From contig CAWBOS010000012.1 of the NCBI GenBank assembly GCA_963790475.1, positions 1,344,001-1,408,000 on the forward strand: DNA of 64,000 bases. Reading direction: 5' to 3'. The number at the start of each line of letters is the position of its first letter. Positions within the stretch are counted from its first letter, which is position 1. The notes under the pieces are model-generated. The model was not told the origin of the DNA and ran no database searches. It worked only from the letters and a program-made list of their open reading frames with translations. Of this stretch, positions 21,222 to 30,484 are shown piece after piece. The DNA comes from an uncultured delta proteobacterium. GTDB lineage: Bacteria; Desulfobacterota; RBG-13-43-22. A program made the translations under genes and the position numbers.

Positions 21222-21713
21222 TTATAGATTCAAACCCTGCATAATGGGGCTGTCATCCTGGAACGAAATACAGCTTCTGACCAGACGGGGATTGGTTTTT
21301 AGCCTTTCCCGGAGAGCGGCCAGTTTTTTTTCAGGGTCAGTGACCTTTTCCCCGGCTTCGATCCCGGGCCGGGTGAAATGGAGGATGACGGCATTGCTGG
21401 ATTCCAATACCGCATCCATCAGTAAAGAGCATCCCGAGGCTCCTCCCAAAAGGCCGGCCAGGATTTTGCGAAGACCGGACCCGATGCTGACCCCCTCCAC
21501 TTTTTTAATCTGTTTCGAAGCGTTACGGCAGGAAAAAGGTGGAAATTTTTCCAGCCGGGCTTCCGCTTCAATGATTTCCAGTTCAGGAGGCTGGACGATC
21601 AACCGAATTTCCGCCTTAAGCAAATCGTCGGTAAGCCGCCAGGAAACACTCAGGTCTCCATCCGGCAGAGGTTCGACTTCAATCACCTTGTTGCGTAAAA
21701 AATGTAAGGTCAT
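21222..21713 (-). CDS. DUF2889-like protein
   Basis: FLRNK, SC, GGASGCSLL, SCISF motifs. Confidence 0.6.
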   Translation of the reverse strand: MTLHFLRNKVIEVEPLPDGDLSVSWRLTDDLLKAEIRLIVQPPELEIIEAEARLEKFPPFSCRNASKQIKKVEGVSIGSGLRKILAGLLGGASGCSLLMDAVLESSNAVILHFTRPGIEAGEKVTDPEKKLAALRERLKTNPRLVRSCISFQDDSPIMQGLNL

Positions 21714-23143
21714 CAGAACTCCTTATTTTTTTCAAGTCGTTCTTTTTGAATGTTTTTTAATTTCAGCCAGACCTCTTCCACCTGTTTGCGGGTGTCGGCG
21801 AGGGAACCGGAGTTGTCCACCACCAGATCACAATACCCTTTTTTTTCTTCCACGGGCATTTGAGAACGGATAATCTTCAAGGCCAGTTCTTCATTGATGT
21901 GGTCTCGTTCCATTAACCTTTTTAACTGGACTTTCTCAGGGGCATAGACCATCAGCAGATGGTCGAACATGGCCTGCATATGGGTCTCGATTAGAAGGGG
22001 AATCACGACTTGGATGATGGCTTGTTCCTTCCCTTGGGACAATTGTTCAACCTGCTCCGAATAAGCCTCTCCGATTCTAGGATGGGTGAAACTTTCCAGT
22101 TTTTTACGTTTTTCCATATCCCGGAAAACGATTTCCCTGAGTTTTTCCCGGTCCAGCGTTTTATCTTTGGCCAACACTTGTTTGCCGAAAAAAGAAACGA
22201 TATCCTCGTAGGCTGGTTTGCCCGGCTCCACGACCACCCGGCTCAGGACGTCAAAATCAATCATCGGGGCACCCAACTCTTCCAGCATTTTGGCCACGGT
22301 GGACTTTCCCGTTCCGATACTGCCGGTGACGCCCAACAGGAGGCGGCCGGGGTGTTGACGCTGGCGGCCCGATCTGGCTTCCGATTGATAGGCGGCGGGA
22401 AATTGGCCGGCAATATCGGCCTCGGCCCCGGCATAACTGATGGGATAGCGGATTCCTCTCCGGTAAAGGGCCTCCATGCCTCTTAGGGCCTTATCGACCA
22501 ACGAGGGTGGAAGGGCCATGACTAATTCATCATCCTGGGCGTGGCCATAACGCCTTTCACCGTAACAGGGTATGGTCAAAGAAGGTTTTCCGGTGAGATA
22601 ACAACGGGCGATGGCATCGGAACACGAGGATTCCCCCACACAAAAGAATTCCATGACTTCATAATCTTCAAATTGAAGGGAATTGATCAAAAGCATCATC
22701 TGGGCCGGATTGGCATAAATCAGGACCATATCCGGATCGAAGGGGTTATAGACCAGGGGCGCCATGACCACGGCCTCAAATTTACCGATCGGTATTCGGG
22801 GAACACCGTTTTCAAACTTTCTCCCATCAGCACGGCTTTTGGTCCAGACTATACTTCTAAAGGTTCCGTCTTTCATGTAATCCGCTATGTCAGCTAGGCC
22901 GATAATCGATGGGCACATGAGACTCATAAAATCATCAAGCTCAGCCCCCACCGTCCAATCGAAATTCCGGACCAGATTGATGAGCTGGCACAGGGTGGAT
23001 TTGTGCTTCATCCGGCGAATAAAAGCGATTTTACCAATGTCTTCTTTGTGCTCAAGCAGTTTGAAGGCCACGGGAAAGGATTTGAGCCGCATTAACTGCT
23101 CCATCCTGCGGATCGGTTTCTCCCAATCTCGGGTTGTGCTCAT
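21713..23143 (-). CDS. coaE: DUF169 domain fused to dephospho-CoA kinase
   Basis: N-terminus PVAFKL/LCQ/ESSCSD/PCYGER; C-terminus GVTGSIGTGKST, LDREKL, THPRI, PLLIE, DNSG. Confidence 0.8.
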   Translation of the reverse strand: MSTTRDWEKPIRRMEQLMRLKSFPVAFKLLEHKEDIGKIAFIRRMKHKSTLCQLINLVRNFDWTVGAELDDFMSLMCPSIIGLADIADYMKDGTFRSIVWTKSRADGRKFENGVPRIPIGKFEAVVMAPLVYNPFDPDMVLIYANPAQMMLLINSLQFEDYEVMEFFCVGESSCSDAIARCYLTGKPSLTIPCYGERRYGHAQDDELVMALPPSLVDKALRGMEALYRRGIRYPISYAGAEADIAGQFPAAYQSEARSGRQRQHPGRLLLGVTGSIGTGKSTVAKMLEELGAPMIDFDVLSRVVVEPGKPAYEDIVSFFGKQVLAKDKTLDREKLREIVFRDMEKRKKLESFTHPRIGEAYSEQVEQLSQGKEQAIIQVVIPLLIETHMQAMFDHLLMVYAPEKVQLKRLMERDHINEELALKIIRSQMPVEEKKGYCDLVVDNSGSLADTRKQVEEVWLKLKNIQKERLEKNKEF

Positions 23144-23321
23144 GTTGGTCTCCTATCATGAAAGCAGGCAAGAGGCGAGAGGCTAAGAGATAAAAGAATA
23201 AACAGTAAAGCTTTTATCTCCCCTTTTATCTTCAACCTTTTACCTCGATCCTCGTTCCTTCGGATTCTCGCCTTCTTCCAAGGCTTACTATATTCTCTTT
23301 CCCGGGGCAATGAAAAAAAGG

Positions 23322-23672
23322 TTAAAAATTAAAGACCTTGGCCTCCGCCGCCAGATCAATCAAATGTGGTCCGCCGTCCAGGACCATATTGGAAAAGAAT
23401 TTGGCCTCGTCCACCTGACGGGCCTCGGCACAGGGGATTCAGACCCCGATAGGGATCTCGTTTTCCACCAAATAGGGCAGATAATCATTCGGGCAATCCC
23501 CGGTTGCGGTTTTGACGGTCATGTCCCGTGATGAATCGGCCCAATTGACTCCGTCGTCAATGAAAAAAATATTCACCTTATGCCCTTTGGTATGGGCGAT
23601 TTTACCGAACTGAAAACATCTTGTTGCGCTATCCACAGAATCTTTGCTTAACACGAATAAGAAATTAGCCAT
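23322..23672 (-). CDS. DsrE-family selenoprotein (116 aa; Sec at TGA 23439-23441; UxxC)
   Basis: Reading through the TGA gives IGV-U-IPCAEARQVDE...KVFNF, completing a DsrE fold (FFIDDGV); SECIS-like hairpin follows the TGA. Confidence 0.85.
23403..23424 (-). other. Putative bacterial SECIS element
   Basis: GGCCCGTC-AGGTG-GACGAGGCC hairpin starting 14 nt after the UGA, with G in the apical loop. Confidence 0.65.
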
Positions 23673-23693
23673 CTTTCCCTCCAGACAATCTAT

Positions 23694-24875
23694 TTAAATG
23701 CTAACAGAATGCTTTTTAACGATTTCAGCTATATCCATCACCCGGAGGCTGTCGTCCAATGCCTCCGCCTTGACGGCGTCTTCAAGCATCTTGGCGCATT
23801 GGGGGCAGGCCACCGCTATGATCTCGGCCCCGGTTTCCAGGGCCTCCCGGACGCGGACCCGCGCCGGACTGTCTTCCCCCGGACCGATGATATCGGTAAA
23901 GAAGTTCCCACCGCCTCCGCCGCAACAAAAGGCATTTCCCTTATTCCGGCGCATCTCTATGAATTCAAGGCCGGGGATGCTCATCAATATTTCTCGCGGG
24001 GGCTCATAAATTTGATTGTGCCGGCCCAGATAACAGGGATCATGATAAGTCACCTTGGCGCGAAATTCAGAAAGGGTTATCTTTTTATCTTTGATCAATC
24101 CGGCCAGGATTTCCGTAAAGTGATAGACCTCAAAATTTCCTCTCAGTTTGGGATAATCCTTTCTAAAGGTGTTCAGAGCATGGGGATCCAGGGTGATGAT
24201 TTTTTTAACATCCATTTTTTTGAATTCCATGATGTTATTTTCGGCCAATTGAGTAAAAAGCCCGGTCTCTCCCAGGGCCTTGACCTCATTCCCGTCGCAG
24301 GTCTCCCGATGGCCCAATATACCCACAGACAAGCCGACAGCAGACAGCAGGCCCCCCACGTTGCGGGCCATCCTTTGCCCCACCTCATCATAAGACCCGA
24401 CACAACCGACATAGAACAGATATTCCTGATCGGAAAATTCTGGCAGTCCGGTTCCTTCGGCCCATTTCCCTCTCTCATCTTGTGGCAGCCTATAAGGGTT
24501 ACCGTTCACAGAAATGGCCTTGAAATAATCCCGGACCTGCGGCGGGATCTTACCCTCATTGACCAATTCCGCCTTGGTCTCCTGAAATATTTCCGGCAGA
24601 TAGTCCTTGAATCTCGGAAAGACACACTGCTCCTTGCAATTGTCGCAGGCGGCACAGGAATAAAGGATCTCGGCAAAATGGGGGCTGGTTTCTATCTCTC
24701 CGTTGAGCCAGGCCCTGATAAGCCACATCCGGCCTCCCGGTGAATAGGTGTCCCAACCGAAAGCCTTATAAGAGGGGCAATTGAAATCCACATAATCTTC
24801 GGGGAATTTACAATATCCGCACCGAAAACAGCGATGAACGATCTCGGCGTGTTCTATTTCATGGATGGCGGCCAT
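23694..24875 (-). CDS. Fe-S CCG-domain oxidoreductase (HdrD/GlcF-like)
   Basis: CFRCGYC, CAACDNCKEQC, YHDPCYLGR, CCGGGGG, ACPQC. Confidence 0.88.
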   Translation of the reverse strand: MAAIHEIEHAEIVHRCFRCGYCKFPEDYVDFNCPSYKAFGWDTYSPGGRMWLIRAWLNGEIETSPHFAEILYSCAACDNCKEQCVFPRFKDYLPEIFQETKAELVNEGKIPPQVRDYFKAISVNGNPYRLPQDERGKWAEGTGLPEFSDQEYLFYVGCVGSYDEVGQRMARNVGGLLSAVGLSVGILGHRETCDGNEVKALGETGLFTQLAENNIMEFKKMDVKKIITLDPHALNTFRKDYPKLRGNFEVYHFTEILAGLIKDKKITLSEFRAKVTYHDPCYLGRHNQIYEPPREILMSIPGLEFIEMRRNKGNAFCCGGGGGNFFTDIIGPGEDSPARVRVREALETGAEIIAVACPQCAKMLEDAVKAEALDDSLRVMDIAEIVKKHSVSI

Positions 24876-24876
24876 A

Positions 24877-26256
24877 TCAGTTTACCTCCCAATTTCCGGG
24901 ATTCATGATACCCTGGGGATCCAGGTTTTTCTTGACCATCTGAAGCAACTTCCTGGTGTTGGGGTCCATTTTATTAAGCGTCATCTTCTGTTCCATATAG
25001 TTGGGCTTCCACGGGATCCCGCCCATCTCCAGGGCGAAGGCGGTGGCCTCATCCAGAGCCGATTTCACCCTGGCCATCATGGCCGGATCGGCCCGGTTAA
25101 AGGCAAAGGAGATGCTGAACATCATGGAATGCCCTCCGGAGATCACCCTGGCCGAACTGGCATAGAGGACCTCGTATTTTTCCGCCAGTTCAATGACCTT
25201 GGCGGCATATTGCGGAAAATGCTCAATCAAGGTGATTGGCCCGGAATACTCGAATCCTCCCCCTCTGGGCACATCGGCAAAGGCGGCGATCCCGCGCTGT
25301 GGCATCTCCAAAAGGGTGTCTCTCAAAAACTCAATACCCATGAACCCGCCGTCTTTCGAATCGATAAATTCCTGGACCGCATCCCAGATCATCTTCCTTT
25401 TGAACTCGATTTCTTCTTCAGTATCACCGGTGAAATAGATAGTGATATGATAGTTGTCCTTGAACAAATAAGGTCGGGGTTGAAACCAGACATTGATATC
25501 TTCCAGCATTTCCAGGTGAGTGAGCTTGAAGAGAATCTCCGAAACCAGATCGACCCGATCGGTGACGAATAATTCCACTTCCCTGATTTTTTTGTTCGGG
25601 TAGAGCTTCAACCCCACTTTGGTCAGTATCCCAGTGGTGCCCAGCCAGCCTAAAAAGAGACCGGATAGGTCCGGGAGGGTCGGGCCTTTGGAAAACCAGT
25701 AAGGTCCTATGGAAGGGGAGCCGATTTTGCAAATGTCGCCCGTCGGCAGTACGACCTCCAGACCTGTCACCATGTCGGAGTTGAAGCCGTATTGCTGGGT
25801 CAGCCGGCCCTGACCATGCAAGGATACGTTGGCGGCAATGGTTGTGGTGGGTGGGGCATCCGGCAGGCTGTGTCGCAGATTGGGATGATGATCTTGAAGA
25901 AAGGCCTTGAGCATTCCTTGAGAGGTACCCCCTTCAACCACGGCGTAGCGGGCCTTGGCATTGACTTCTAAAATTTTGTTCATCCGTTTCATATCCATGA
26001 CGATGCCCCCTTTTAACGGGATCACCAGGCCGGTCAAGGACATGCCATTTCCCATGGGTACGACGGGGGTCTTTTCCCTGTTGGCCAACTGAACCACTTT
26101 TTGGACCTGCTCCGTTGTCTTGGGAGCCACGACATAATCCGGGAGGTGCGGGGCTAATACTCCGGGGTCCCGCGAATAAAACCACAGTTCTTCGGGTGTA
26201 TTAGAAACGCCTCGTTCGCCGACTATTTCCTTGAGAGACTTCAAAATATCGCTCAT
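24877..26256 (-). CDS. FAD-linked oxidoreductase (GlcD/D-LDH family)
   Basis: PMGNGMSLTG, GLEVVLPTG, GTTGILTK, DPQGIMNPG; start MSDILK. Confidence 0.88.
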   Translation of the reverse strand: MSDILKSLKEIVGERGVSNTPEELWFYSRDPGVLAPHLPDYVVAPKTTEQVQKVVQLANREKTPVVPMGNGMSLTGLVIPLKGGIVMDMKRMNKILEVNAKARYAVVEGGTSQGMLKAFLQDHHPNLRHSLPDAPPTTTIAANVSLHGQGRLTQQYGFNSDMVTGLEVVLPTGDICKIGSPSIGPYWFSKGPTLPDLSGLFLGWLGTTGILTKVGLKLYPNKKIREVELFVTDRVDLVSEILFKLTHLEMLEDINVWFQPRPYLFKDNYHITIYFTGDTEEEIEFKRKMIWDAVQEFIDSKDGGFMGIEFLRDTLLEMPQRGIAAFADVPRGGGFEYSGPITLIEHFPQYAAKVIELAEKYEVLYASSARVISGGHSMMFSISFAFNRADPAMMARVKSALDEATAFALEMGGIPWKPNYMEQKMTLNKMDPNTRKLLQMVKKNLDPQGIMNPGNWEVN

Positions 26257-26257
26257 T

Positions 26258-27286
26258 TTATACGGCCCCCCTTTCTTTTTCACCGATGGCCATCTTGCAC
26301 AGGTCAATGATATGAATGGGTTTTAAGCCTTTTTTTGACACCTTTTCCGATAAAGACGTCTGACAGGCCGGACAGTTAAAGACGCAATACTCGGCCCCTG
26401 TTTGCAACATATCCTCTATATTTCTCTGCTGGACATCGTCGGCTAATTTATATCCGGAAATGGAACGAAGAATTTCAGCACAGCAAAGGGCATTTTCTTC
26501 CTGATAGGTCCTGTCCGGAAGTTCAACCCCGATGAGATCCAGTATTTCTTTAACCAAATGGTGTTTGTCGGGTATCAGTCGGTTGGAACAAGGGCGTTGA
26601 TAAGCGGCTTTGATGTTGAGGGGCTTTATTTTGTCTTTTAGTTCCCGCAATCTTTCCAGCAAAAAATCCATGTAATAGATCGGCCTAAAGGGGACCTCCA
26701 ATCCATAAGCCGGAGCGATGGAAGTGAAGGTGCCGTAACATTCATCATGGAGGCAAATTACCTCTTTCACGCCCAGCTTGGCAAAATTTTCGATAACCAC
26801 GGGAAGTCTCTCTTTGATGACCGACATCTTAGCAAAATGGCTGTGAACGGCCGGGCACATGAACTCGGCCCCGAACACCATGGCCGAGGACACCTCATTG
26901 AAGATTTCGCCTGTGCCCAATTCGCCGAGGGCCGGGATAAAACAACAGGAGACGGCTTTGTCTTTCACAGCCCCAACCATCTGCTTTCCCTGCATCAGGG
27001 TCATATTGATCCACTGGTTAGTGATGGGCCTGGGAGCGGTATAGATCCCCTTTTCTTCCCGACGCTCTTCGATGAGATAAAAGGGATGATTACCTCGGGG
27101 GCAATATTCCTCACAGGCATAACAGGTGACACAGGCCTGCAGCACAGGGGAGTCTTCCCCTTTGACCACCTTCATCATCTCCGCGTGGGCTTCCTTGACG
27201 CCGAATTTCATATATTGGCATTTCACCAGGCAATCTGCAGTGGGACAGGTGGCACAGACATTTTCATTAAATTTTAACGCTGGCAT
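26258..27286 (-). CDS. Fe-S binding CCG-domain protein
   Basis: CATCPTADCLVKC, CVTCYACEEYCP, YQRPCS, LCC, CPAC. Confidence 0.8.
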   Translation of the reverse strand: MPALKFNENVCATCPTADCLVKCQYMKFGVKEAHAEMMKVVKGEDSPVLQACVTCYACEEYCPRGNHPFYLIEERREEKGIYTAPRPITNQWINMTLMQGKQMVGAVKDKAVSCCFIPALGELGTGEIFNEVSSAMVFGAEFMCPAVHSHFAKMSVIKERLPVVIENFAKLGVKEVICLHDECYGTFTSIAPAYGLEVPFRPIYYMDFLLERLRELKDKIKPLNIKAAYQRPCSNRLIPDKHHLVKEILDLIGVELPDRTYQEENALCCAEILRSISGYKLADDVQQRNIEDMLQTGAEYCVFNCPACQTSLSEKVSKKGLKPIHIIDLCKMAIGEKERGAV

Positions 27287-27376
27287 GAAAACCTCCTTTG
27301 GATTATTATGGAAAGCTGCTATCCCCTAAATTGTAGTAACCCCATCTTCCTTTATTCCTTAAAAAAAAACAAGAAA

Positions 27377-27402
27377 AACCTCCCTCTCCAAGAACGAGGG
27401 AG
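27377..27402 (-). terminator. Probable intrinsic terminator downstream of the MOSC gene
   Basis: Minus strand ctcccctcgttcttggagagggagg followed by long T runs. Confidence 0.5.
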
Positions 27403-27468
27403 TTCCCGCCTGGATTTAGGAAACAGGCTCCAAGGAAAGGGAGATAGAAAAAGGACACGGGGCGATGA

Positions 27469-27557
27469 TAGGCGACAGGCAATGGGCGAGAGGCTAAAGC
27501 TCAAAAGATTTTACTGATTATTCTTTAACTATAGCCAATAGCCTATAGCAATAGCCA
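27469..27557. repeat. Inverted heptamer repeat arrays (GGCAATG-type / TATAGCC)
   Basis: Same repeat family that flanks the four-helix-bundle gene, here with no gene inside. Confidence 0.6.
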
Positions 27558-27589
27558 TTATTCGTTAAATTCTATTTTCAAACTAAATC

Positions 27590-28030
27590 TTAACTGCTAA
27601 TTTGTATTACAGGGTCCCCAATTGTTATCTCTCCACTTTCAATGACTTTACAAAAAACACCATTGGTTGGTAAAAGCGAATATCCTTTGTAGTTGTAGGT
27701 ATGGGATTGAGAGGGGTCTTTTCCAACTTGAATAACTATAAGCCCGGCTTTCCCTATCTGTAATTTCGCCCCGCAGACCATAGAAGATAATTCGATTCCG
27801 CTGGTTCGGATATTTTCGGCAAAACTCCCGGGCTCCGCTTTCATGCCGGATTCCCGGAAAAGGTTTTGAACATCCTCTTCAGCCAGAAGACTGACCTCCT
27901 TTTCCGTGCCGGCATGGGAATCCCCCACCAGACCCCACCCCGTCTGGAGAAGTCCGGAGCCGATATTTTTTTTCGGATCAGATCGATTAAGACTGAGACA
28001 CACACCAAGAACTTTGCCAGTTTTTTTCAT
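27590..28030 (-). CDS. MOSC domain protein
   Basis: GLVGDSHAG, VSLL, PGSFAENI, GVFCKVIESG. Confidence 0.85.
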   Translation of the reverse strand: MKKTGKVLGVCLSLNRSDPKKNIGSGLLQTGWGLVGDSHAGTEKEVSLLAEEDVQNLFRESGMKAEPGSFAENIRTSGIELSSMVCGAKLQIGKAGLIVIQVGKDPSQSHTYNYKGYSLLPTNGVFCKVIESGEITIGDPVIQISS

Positions 28031-28052
28031 ATAAGATTCTTTCGATTGAGAA

Positions 28053-28814
28053 CTACTGGTTTCTTCCATACGGACAAATCCTCTTCAACCCCATCAGTTC
28101 ACAGACCCCTGACCCGGTTACTCCATAAATCAGGTAATTTTTCCGATAAGTTTGAATAAGCTCCATAATAGAATCAAAGGTTCCGTTGACGAAGGTCGTT
28201 CCGGTGATAAGTATTACCTCCGATTGTCGAACCAATTCCTCAATCATGGTGTTCCCATCCCAGATTTTCACCCCGAACTTAGTAGAAGTAATATTCTGTC
28301 GATTCAGGTCGGTAATTCTAACATTGTTCTCCCCAAAAGTGTGGACCAGGTTTTCGGCAATGGCCGGATTCATTCCTATGAGACCCACAGCAACTTTTCC
28401 CCAGTGTTCCAGAACATGAGCAGCAATTTCCTTGGCACATCTCTCGGGATCTTCATCCCGGCAATGAATGGTTTTCTCCACCACGTTCAAATGTTTCAGT
28501 ACGGCATTCAGGGTGGCCGTATAAATAGCTCGGTCTTTATTAGACCTGAGAGAACAGGTTAGTATTTCACCTAAGGTTCCAATGAATTCTCCAGGAGAAT
28601 CGGTAAAGGCCTGGGCTCTGGTTCCAAAAACCGTGGCTTCCACCATCCGTTCTTTTCCCACAATAATGGGAAAATCTCTCCTTCCCGGCTCTCCGATGGC
28701 CTCTTCCGGGGTCAAGGTTTTTACCAGAAGCGTGACTTGCGTGTCTTGGAGCTGATTTTCAGTGACGAGTTTTGTCAGTAGATCTTTTGAATGTTCCAAA
28801 AAAGGCTTTTTCAT
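28053..28814 (-). CDS. DUF364/Rossmann-like protein
   Basis: QAFTD, ATLNA, VGLIG, ITGTTFVNGT. Confidence 0.7.
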   Translation of the reverse strand: MKKPFLEHSKDLLTKLVTENQLQDTQVTLLVKTLTPEEAIGEPGRRDFPIIVGKERMVEATVFGTRAQAFTDSPGEFIGTLGEILTCSLRSNKDRAIYTATLNAVLKHLNVVEKTIHCRDEDPERCAKEIAAHVLEHWGKVAVGLIGMNPAIAENLVHTFGENNVRITDLNRQNITSTKFGVKIWDGNTMIEELVRQSEVILITGTTFVNGTFDSIMELIQTYRKNYLIYGVTGSGVCELMGLKRICPYGRNQ

Positions 28815-28904
28815 CCGAGTAACCCCTCATTAAGTCCTAAAAATATTTTTAATCCGCTGGTAGACAAGCCCATCCACTTCAGGTCAAGATCACAATGAGA
28901 CCAT

Positions 28905-29010
28905 TAATAACTAAATCCTTGTTAACAAGGTCTGTAATATCCATTATGCGAAGTCTGACATCCAATGCTTCTGCCTTGATGGGGTCTTCAAACATCTTGG
29001 CGCATTGGGG
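28905..29010 (-). pseudogene. C-terminal fragment of a CCG Fe-S oxidoreductase
   Basis: Translates PQCAKMFEDPIKAEALDVRLRIMDI, closely matching the end of 23694-24875. Confidence 0.75.
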
Positions 29011-29051
29011 GGTGATTTCTTTCCCTGGGTGTTTCCTTAAACATCCTAATT

Positions 29052-30014
29052 TTACCAAGCGGAAAAAGTCAATTTCGTCCCCGACATATTTAAAAGAAAC
29101 TGCTTAGGCATTTCTTTTTCCATATGCATGACGGCCTTGCGGCCGGTGCAGTGGGTGGGGACGACATAAGTCGGATTGAATTTTTTTAATTCCTCCGATG
29201 TCCGCCCAATAATGTGCTCGAAGGCCGGACCGGAAAGATGAAAACCGCCCATAACGGCATGGATTTGATTGATACCAGTGACATCGATGGCGTGGCGAAC
29301 CGTATTAACGATACCGGAGTGGGCGCAGCCGGAAAGAATGATCAGGCCTTTGTCCTTGAGATTCACGACCACTGAGGTGTCGTCTTCGATGGGGTCCCAC
29401 TTTTCCACGCCATTTTCCTCAAAATGGGCGGCGGCCATGCCTTTCTCGAAGTCCGTCTGCCGGGGGATTTCCCCTAAAAACAGCACCGCGTTTTCCAGAA
29501 GTGGAGCAGGGGCTTTACTTTCCACAACCTTAAAACCTGCTTGTTCAAGACCTTCCTTGGTCAACTTGGGAAAATAGATTTTCAATTGGTCACCGATTTT
29601 GATATATCGCGGTGTTTTAAAGGCGGCGGGGTGCAGGACCAGCGGGACTTCTTTCTTGGCGATCATGGTCCCGAATTTTGCAATACCGCCGGTATGGTCG
29701 CTGTGGCCATGAGAGAGGACCGCCGCCTCCACCTCTTTCATATCCACGCCAAGGGCCTTGGCATTGGCCGCCGCCCCCTCTTCTGAAAATCCGAAATCGA
29801 AAAGCAAAGTATGGGTCCGGTCATCCTTGGTTGTTTTTACAACGGCACAATAGCCGTGTTCGGCCAGAATGGAGGTCCGAATACTTCCCTCTTTTACCGC
29901 CGCCGCCCGGTGGATGATGTCGCTGTTGTCCCCAGCGGTTATTTCTATGTAATTATCCTGCAGGGTCAGGATTTCGCATTTGTCGACTGCAGTTAACGGA
30001 TATTGGGTCATCAT
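29052..30014 (-). CDS. MBL-fold metallo-hydrolase
   Basis: AEHG, LSHGHSDHTGG, GCAHSG, GGFHL, PTHCTG. Confidence 0.9.
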   Translation of the reverse strand: MMTQYPLTAVDKCEILTLQDNYIEITAGDNSDIIHRAAAVKEGSIRTSILAEHGYCAVVKTTKDDRTHTLLFDFGFSEEGAAANAKALGVDMKEVEAAVLSHGHSDHTGGIAKFGTMIAKKEVPLVLHPAAFKTPRYIKIGDQLKIYFPKLTKEGLEQAGFKVVESKAPAPLLENAVLFLGEIPRQTDFEKGMAAAHFEENGVEKWDPIEDDTSVVVNLKDKGLIILSGCAHSGIVNTVRHAIDVTGINQIHAVMGGFHLSGPAFEHIIGRTSEELKKFNPTYVVPTHCTGRKAVMHMEKEMPKQFLLNMSGTKLTFSAW

Positions 30015-30484
30015 TCAAATTCCCCTTTCTTTACTTCTTCTTAGTCAAATGCCATGTTGGTCTTTCAGACTTCCCAAACCTTGCCGATCAGGTCTCGCAC
30101 AGCTGACCTTGATTTCTTCCGCCATAATCCGTATCCTCCTTTTTTTGAGCTTTGGGTTAAATGGTCAGGAATAATCTTCCTTTTGTCTTAAAAATGCCTT
30201 GAAATTTACAGTTTTGTTGTCGGTCCTTTTCCGACTGCCGAATTCTGGAGTTCACTCGGGGGCTTTTGAGGTCCAAATGACAAGTCCGGGCACTACCCGC
30301 TGTTGTAAAAAAACGGTCACCGCTATTACCCGTGGTCCAGAAACTATTTCCACTGGTAACGCAAAGTTGGCGAAAAAGTACCCACGATTTTTCCGATCAG
30401 GCGATAGATTTCCCGTCTCTCATCATAGTCCTTTTCTGATTAAAATTAATCCCCAACAAAATTGCCTTAGGTTGGATGCCTATT

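Noticed and set aside
23709-24743. Long antisense ORFs (also 6068-6847, 24865-25572 and others)
   Set aside because: Shadows of well-supported genes on the opposite strand, with no motifs
10515-27286. Class II benzoyl-CoA reductase (Bam) cluster
   Set aside because: The modules resemble BamE-I, but no BamB/C is adjacent, and the AOR at 53717 looks like a typical aldehyde oxidoreductase
27395-27460. CsrB/Rsm-like GGA-rich sRNA or Moco riboswitch
   Set aside because: The GGA motifs are not in clear stem-loops, and the only terminator is on the opposite strand
30170-30426. Minus-strand ORF MMRDGKSIA-TGA read-through as a selenoprotein
   Set aside because: The read-through product resembles no family I recognise and has no redox motif
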